From: Nemertoderma westbladi
Lineage: Eukaryota; Animalia; Xenacoelomorpha
DNA: 32,666 bases
Assembly (NCBI GenBank): GCA_032718475.1
Contig: JAUCBJ010005746.1
Coordinates: forward strand, 1 to 32,666
Direction: 5' to 3'
Of this stretch, positions 25,728-32,666 are shown piece by piece. The notes beneath the pieces are model-generated. The model was not told where the DNA came from. It was given only the letters and a program-made list of their open reading frames with translations, and searched no databases. Both the position numbers and the translations under genes were made by a program. The stretch's first letter is position 1; each line of letters opens with the position of its first letter.

Positions 25728-26262
25728 AGTTAATTACGCCCTATAAATTGTAAACTTTAACTGTTTAATTTTTAATTTAGACCTACCGGTACTATAAAAG
25801 CAATAAAACTTAGCAGCGATGCAGCATAGTTATAGTAGCTTATCTCATAGTTATACTATCCCAAAAGTCCAAAGCAGCAAAGGGTCCTTCCCCAAAGAAA
25901 GTACAGTCAGACAGTGCAAACTGTGAAGTAACTATGTTAGAATATCAAATAGTTGACTTGACCTAATTTTGTAATTATTGCTAATGGCATCTCCCCATGC
26001 CATTTTCTGTAATGCCAATGCGGCAATGAGAGGGCAGTACTTGATTTAGAATGCTAGAATGGAATTGGCTGTGATTGGCTAGTTTGTACATCAACAATCT
26101 AGACTGATAGACAATAAATTGAGGGAGTGCAAGAATGCGAGATAGTTTATTGAGGTGAAGCAAAATGAGCTAAAACCACATTCTGACATTCCGCTCTACC
26201 TCAATATCTAATCTTATGTGGCTAAGTTGGATAGGCCTACAGGGATAGGCTTATCGTATTAC

Positions 26263-26804
26263 CTCGCGTGTACTGATTCCTCTCTGTGCTCCCCATCCCA
26301 GGCCGCCACCTCCTCACGAAGATTCGCTGACTGCGACTCCACAACCGCGGCCACGCTTCGATGTAACTTGTCGGGGAAAAGATCAGAGTTGCTGTCGTAA
26401 GGAACGTGGAACTCCCGTCCATCCAACGTGATCACGGCGACCGTATGGGTATCTACGTAGCGACAGGTGGGTTCCGCCCGTCCGGAGAAGCCGCCCTCCA
26501 CCCCGATAGCCAACCGAGTCGGACGTTTACTCTCGGGCGAGTCCCGTACTTCGATGGGCTCGCTCCTGCGTCGGATATGCAGATACAGGACGCTAGAAGT
26601 GGCCGCGACGTGCCCCAGAACGTGGTCCTTACCGAGTCCGAAGAATGTGTTCAAACAGACGTAGAGTCCATGCTCTGATTCCGGAGTGTCAAAGGAATAA
26701 ACGCACTCGTCCTTGTAAATTCTATCGCCACCTCCCGGTATCTTAACTTTATTTAAATTCGATTTAATTAAACCCAAAGCTTCGTCGAAGTGATCCATAG
26801 GCAT
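26263..26804 (-). CDS. USP5: USP5/USP13-type deubiquitinase, exon 1 (N-terminal cryptic ZnF-UBP)
   Basis: DRIYKDECVYSFDTPESEHGLYVCLNTFFGLG, PTRLAIGVEGGF, AWDGE; donor AG|GTAAT at 26262; spliced CDS 542+455+1424=2421 nt, 806 aa. Confidence 0.93.
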
Positions 26805-28100
26805 GGTTGCTGGGTTGTGGCTTGTGGTTGCAGAGTTCTTGAGTTGTCAGGTCTAGCAGTAGTGGAATCGAGTTTTATCACAAATTGACAGATATCAAAT
26901 TACAGAATTAGGCACTGGTTAGATACAGCCAGGCAGCTGTACGTACACAGGCTGACAGGGGACCCTCTGAATGCTGATTTCAAAATCGCACCAAATCACA
27001 AAACAAATTGAAAAGTAAAGGAGCAGGATACACGATACAGTGGTTGTGGTAGCGGTAGCCAGAAGGAACCAAACAGCCAAAACAATACAGCAATAAACGA
27101 TTTGAAAAAACATGGGCAGAAATTTGCAAAAAAAGGAGAAAGCTGTCGTCTGCATTACTGCATTCAGGATCAGGAGGGCAGAGGGTCCCCTATGCCCTAT
27201 CTGCCTGTATCGCTGTATCTAAGTACAGAAGTAATCAGTCCCAGAGTCCCTCAATTTGAAATTACTGAATTATTCAGTTATTCAGTTATTGGTGACGAAT
27301 ATCTCTGGAAATATCTGTAGGCCCTATATCTATCTGTCTATACAGCTATTAAAGTACTGCTTATTTTAAGAATAAAACTACTAACTTTAACTTAAAATCA
27401 TTAAATCTTAAATCATTTTATTTTATTAAATTTTACGTATTTTAATATTTTAATGAGTTGTTCTATTTTACAGTTTTAAGATCACTATTCTGCAGACTTA
27501 TTTTAATTTATTTTATGTATTTTAAAAACAATATCTTACATACTTATTTTATATTGTATATCGCATAGACCAACATACTTCTGTACTTACCATAATACAG
27601 TAATAGTAATAAATTTGTTTTTATATCGGTGGATTGTATAGTATAGGCCATGGAATACTAAATATAGACGGAACCGCATTAGTGTTATTTTTTCGGCCCC
27701 GATATTTTTTTCAATAAAGTGGTAGTATATGCCATAGAAACCCCAGAAAAAAAATTTAAGCAAATTCGACCGGAGCGTTCTCGAGATATAATCCGTCAAA
27801 GTTTTCATATTTGGCAACAAGAAATGCAGTGTTGGGGGCGATTTAATCTTATTTGCGATATATTTCTATGGCAACAAGTAGTAGTGTCATTATTCTTGAA
27901 CTGCGCTGTTGTAATATTGATGCGTTGGTTTTCAACAATATTATTATTACCACAACTACCTACAGCTGAACTATTTTAAAACAATATTTTAACCGATAAT
28001 TTTTCGATTACAATTAACCAGTACATCGCGGTAAGCTTTAGTCTCTACACAGTAGGGCCTTCATTACTTCACTGGCTACACATAGTGAACTATCTACATC

Positions 28101-28215
28101 ATGCCACGTACTTGTTTAGTATGCAAGTCAAAAGACCATTTGCACCGGTTTCCTATTGATGTTGCTGTTTGCAATGAATGGAAACAAGCGATTCGTCAGG
28201 GGCTGAATACGCCAG
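28101..28215 (+). CDS. P-element transposase exon 1 (first half of THAP zinc finger)
   Basis: MPRTCLVC..LHRFP..W; donor G|GTAAG at 28216, phase 1. Confidence 0.85.
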
Positions 28216-29263
28216 GTAAGGATTTTATTATTATATCACGCATAAAATATTCTATGACATGTTATATATTTGGTACTACCAGTACCGGTACAGTAGTATG
28301 GTATGTGTTGTGTAGGCCTATATCCATGGTACCGGTACAGCAAATTTAAAAAATGTGTATGTCTTTTTATTTGGTTTTGTTGCATTTTATTATGTTCTAG
28401 AACATTGGTGATTGTTCTAGAACCTTAGTATACATTTTTCTGACATCTAGTAGTATTTTTTTCACTAGCTAGTATTTTTGAAAATAAAAAAAATAATATT
28501 TTATTTAGTGTTTTTTTAATATTGGAAAACATTCTAGAATCAATGTTTTCACATTTTTTTATAATTTCAAAAAATACTAGCTAGTTAAAAAAACGGCTAT
28601 CCGTATGCCACATGCGTATGTGTGTATATTCCTTAATCATTGTTACTATGGCTTCAATATTAGTTATAGAACACCATATAAAAGTTATTTAACTATTCTA
28701 GAATAAAATAAAAAATAAAATGATCTAGAACATATAGCTAATTATTTTTTAATTTTAAATTAGCTAGTAATTAAAAAAAAATCAGATTTCAACTTTTAAC
28801 AATTTATTGCCAAATATTTCAACATTTTTATAGTTTCAAAAGATACTAGCTCGTAAAAAAAAAACACTTGCTACCATAAATACAACATATCTACTTATGT
28901 TCTATAACACTTTCCAATAATAAAAATCGAAAAAATAAAAATTTAAATTTAGAAAATGGTCACACAAGCTACACCTATGTTATAAAAATACTAGCTACCT
29001 TAAAAATTGCTAGATACCTGAAACTATAACATTTATAACACTAAATTTAATACCAAATTTTTAAAAATTTTTTTTAAATACTACCGATAGTTATTTAGAA
29101 ATTATAAATTAGCTAGTAATACAAATTTTTTGAACATTTAATTGATTATTGATTCGAGTTTTTGTATTCAGTAGTAATTAGTTTACATTGCAATGTGAAA
29201 TAGAAATACTGGCACGGGCGGAACTCTAGCCGTATAAACTATTTTAGATTATTTTTTCGTTAG

Positions 29264-31707
29264 GTCGAGAATTCGATTACGATAAAGATCGAATTTGTAA
29301 AGTTCACTTCGAGCCGAAGGATTTTATGATGAACAGAAATTTGCAGTTTCGAAGTTCCAATCTCAAAAAGGAATCAATTCCATCAATATTTACATTGGTT
29401 GGGCCATTGACATCTCCACTACGAAAGTCACCAACTAAACGAAAAGTTGATCCCACACTATACAACCTACTCGAAAATAGAAAATTAGTTGAAGAAGACA
29501 AATTGGAGTGGCAGTTGGGAAATATAAAGAAATGGATTGAAGACGAGGATGTTTTTAAGAATAGAGAGGTACATGCGTGTAGGTGTGATGTTGAAAGTGA
29601 AGATGGAATTATGATTTATGAAATTTCCCCCGAAAATCTAAAACTGAATTACTTCCTTAAGATCTCAACGACGTACTTTATTGTTTCTCAAAATACCTCT
29701 AAAATACCCCTCGTTAATTTTAGCTATTTACCACGTAACAAAAGTGGGTATAATAAAGTTCAGAAGAAAAGCGTTTTGCTTAGGCTAATGAATGAGGTCA
29801 AGTTTCATTCATTGCCTAATTTTGACTCAGATTTCATGGAATTTCTAGACGAGTACCGCAATTATAAAAAGATAGGAATATACCCCAAGAATATCATTAG
29901 AAAGTGTCTTATTCTACGTTATAAGAGCAGGAATGGATATAAAGAGCTCTTGAAGCTGATGCCGAACCTACCCAGCATTTCATTCTTTGAAAAGTTGACA
30001 AGAGGTGATGTAAAAGTTTATACACTTCTAAAGAGCATTGGTATGGATCAGAATGTTGTAATATACGCGGATGAAATTTACTTACAGAGAGAATCAATAT
30101 TTAGTGCAGGAGGTATTATCGAATCACCAAAGACCCTGCTGGATATTATGGTAAGAGGTCTAAGTGGGGGAAATGGAATAATTGTCAAGTCAGTGCCATG
30201 TTACGATACATTAACTGGAGACATGTTGATAAAAGAATTCAAGGAAGTTGTGAAACATTTAAAAGAGGCCGAGTTTCAGCCACGAGTGTTTGTTACTGAT
30301 GGCCTTTCAGTTAATGTCAATGCTTACTCAAAGGTTATATATGAACCAGAGCTTTGTGATATAATTCCGTTGTTTGATTATAATCACCTCATGAAGAATA
30401 CACGAAATAACTTATTTAACACCGGCATTTTTTATCCTCCTGAATTTAAGTGGAGTTATATGAATGACATATTTCAAATAGGAGCAAATGCTAAAGTGTC
30501 GATGTCTGATGTTCGTATGGTGTATCAGATGGATACAGAGAGAATTAATTGTGATTCTTCAGTCAATCTGCGAAAAGCCCACAAGCTGACATATGCAACA
30601 ATCAACGTTGGAAAGCGCAAGCAAAACACCCAGCTTATGCTCAACCTGTACCATGATAGTACTATTGATGCCCTCAGATGGTATTTGGGTGGTGGCACAG
30701 AGAACTTCCATAATGACACAGCTGATTACTTCCGTGTTATTAGACTCTTCTGGGAGTTTATGAACTGTAAACATAATACGTCTAATCCTTACACAAGAAC
30801 ACTCAGTCGTTATGACAGTGAGCGGCAAAGTTTCCTTCAAACCTTCCTTGACTGGCTGACAAGGTGGAAGTCTTCAAATAAAGCAGGGTTCACTTCACAG
30901 ACATTTTCAGCGCTCATACTAACAGTTGCTAACACAATTAAGGTCCTAGATTTGGTCTTCAACAAACTCGAATACCAATTATTTAACCTGGCAGTCCTTG
31001 GAGACGATGAAATTGAGTTACATTTCAGCAAATATCGCCAGATGTCGGGAGGTCGCTTCCTTGTAAGTCTGCGGGAAGCCACTAACTCAAACAAGATAAT
31101 TCAAATCAAAGCAGCTCTACAATCCAACCAAGATGTCATTGACTGCCTTGATAAAACTAATAGTGAAGATATACGACCAATAATTACGAAACTATCAACA
31201 GATGATGATTTTGATATATTCGACGACGAATCTCTATTGATTATTTCAGACGTGGCTGGATGGGCAATTCAGTCAATTCCTAATTCAGATGCGTTGTGTT
31301 CATGTACCAGATGCGATCTAAAAGATAAATCCCAATCAAGTTCCACGAATATTCGCTACATTTCGTTTCGTGACAGAGGGGGATTGTGTTTTCCGAGTGA
31401 TGGATTTGTACATCTTTGCTGCAATATATTTCACATATTGAAAAAATCATATCCCTTGGTAAACAACAAGAACAAAGCGAGTCCAACATTACATAGACTA
31501 CTAGTAAACCAAATAGACACCACTGAAGTTGTCTGCTCTGAACACAGCGAGAAATTCAAACCAAAATTACTACAAAAACTGGTAAACGTTTTCCTTAAGG
31601 CTGAGGCTAGTCACATGAAAGAAATTATTGATGAACAGGAAATGTATAAAACGGGACTGAATGGATTTAAAGCGCCACAGTTATACAAGAAAAAACGGAT
31701 TCTTTAG
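29264..31707 (+). CDS. P-element/THAP9-like transposase exon 2 (852 aa spliced)
   Basis: Acceptor ttttttcgttag (29263); completes THAP (RICKVHF..IPSIF); ADEIY, VTDGLSVN, FDYNHLMKNTRNN, DDEIELHFSKYRQMSGG, RGGLCFPS; no stops or frameshifts. Confidence 0.9.
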
Positions 31708-31749
31708 TCAGATATTAATCAAAATAACATCCATCCCTTTCAAAACTGC

Positions 31750-32017
31750 CTGGCACTGGCCTGTCGTCTCTACTACCACTGCCACCCTGGCTGTTGTTTC
31801 TACTATCACTGCCACCCTGGTAGTTGTTTCTACTACCACTGCCACCATACCATGGCTGTTGACTCTACATCCATTGCCACCCTGGCTGTTGTTTCCACTA
31901 CCTACCACGTTGCCATCATGGCTGTTGTTTCTACTACCACTGCCATGTTGCCACCCTGGCTGACATCTTTACTACCACTGCCACCCTGGCTGGTGATTCT
32001 ACAACCACTGCCACCTG
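31750..32017. repeat. 30-bp minisatellite between transposase stop and hammerhead
   Basis: ctactaccactgccaccctggctgttgttt units with variants, ~8 copies. Confidence 0.9.
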
Positions 32018-32103
32018 GAGACTCTGCCAGCAATCAGAATAATAGGAGAATCGCCACTCGTATCTTGACAATCACCACTACTAGTGACAGCTATACATCT
32101 TTG

Positions 32104-32169
32104 GAAATGGGGTGTCCAGTACTTGGCAGTACTGCTGAAGAGGCCTAAAGCCGGCCGAAACGCCGTTTC
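32104..32169 (+). ncRNA. Type III hammerhead ribozyme
   Basis: GAAAT-GG-GGTG-TC^CAGTAC-TTGGCA-GTACTG-CTGAAGA-GGCC-TAAAGCC-GGCC-GAAA-CGCC-GTTTC: complete core, three paired stems, GUC triplet, predicted cut after 32116. Confidence 0.9.
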
Positions 32170-32666
32170 TATTAATGGTTTATTATTATTATAAAGATAC
32201 CATAAAGAATCAATTACATAGCCTCCCTATACATACTGTATATATTACATTATATAAAGTAGAATAGAATTAATTACTGCTTTCGACACATGTAGTGCCA
32301 CAATCACTACAGTACACCACAATATTATATTTAATTATAAATTGAATTGATATTAAATTGTATCAATAGGGGGGGGGGGGGGGGAGGTGGGGGGGGGGGG
32401 GTATTATATAAAACTAATAAAAGTGTCAAAATTTACTTCCACAGCAGTGTTTATTTAAATATATTTAATATATATATATATTAATAGATTTTACCTCGTT
32501 GCTATAGTTACCTGTGCTAGAAATAAAAATAAATAGGATAAAAATAAATGGGGTAGTAGATGGAAAAAATAATTAATTCATGGCAAAACCTAGAAATTTT
32601 ATGTTTGCCCGGTTTCCATGGAAACGCTCCGGTCAAATTTGCTTAAATTTTTTTTCTGAGGTTTCT

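Larger units (their letters stand above)
27649..32666 (+). mobile_element. P-superfamily DNA transposon, apparently intact, right end beyond the window
   Basis: 42/44 inverted match between 27736-27779 and 32623-32666; probable left terminus CATGGAATACTAAATATAGACGG at 27649 preceded by GTATAGGC; encloses a THAP-DDE transposase. Confidence 0.8.

Noticed and set aside
31661-32148. ORFs overlapping the transposase 3' end
   Set aside because: Low-complexity translations of the 30-bp minisatellite

Overview
AT-rich, repeat-dense eukaryotic (probably invertebrate animal) genomic window. Host genes: a single-coding-exon GT32/DXD glycosyltransferase with a long (K/R)PEVV pentapeptide tail (6712-8316,+) and a 3-exon USP5/USP13-type deubiquitinase (26804-17072,-; 806 aa after splicing). 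Most of the rest is mobile DNA: RTE LINE fragments, a possible LTR element at the left edge, tRNA-derived SINEs, a TA-flanked foldback MITE with a CRE-type retroelement nested in its spacer, hAT and Helentron-like non-autonomous elements, minisatellites, and an apparently intact spliced THAP-P-element transposon with long TIRs running off the right edge. The two strongest unexpected signals are hammerhead ribozymes read directly from the sequence: a type III hammerhead inside the P element, downstream of and sense to the transposase (32104-32169,+), and a type I hammerhead embedded between Pol III A and B boxes with a T6 terminator, sense within USP5 intron 2 (19445-19546,-). All calls are by eye; no database searches or folding programs were run.
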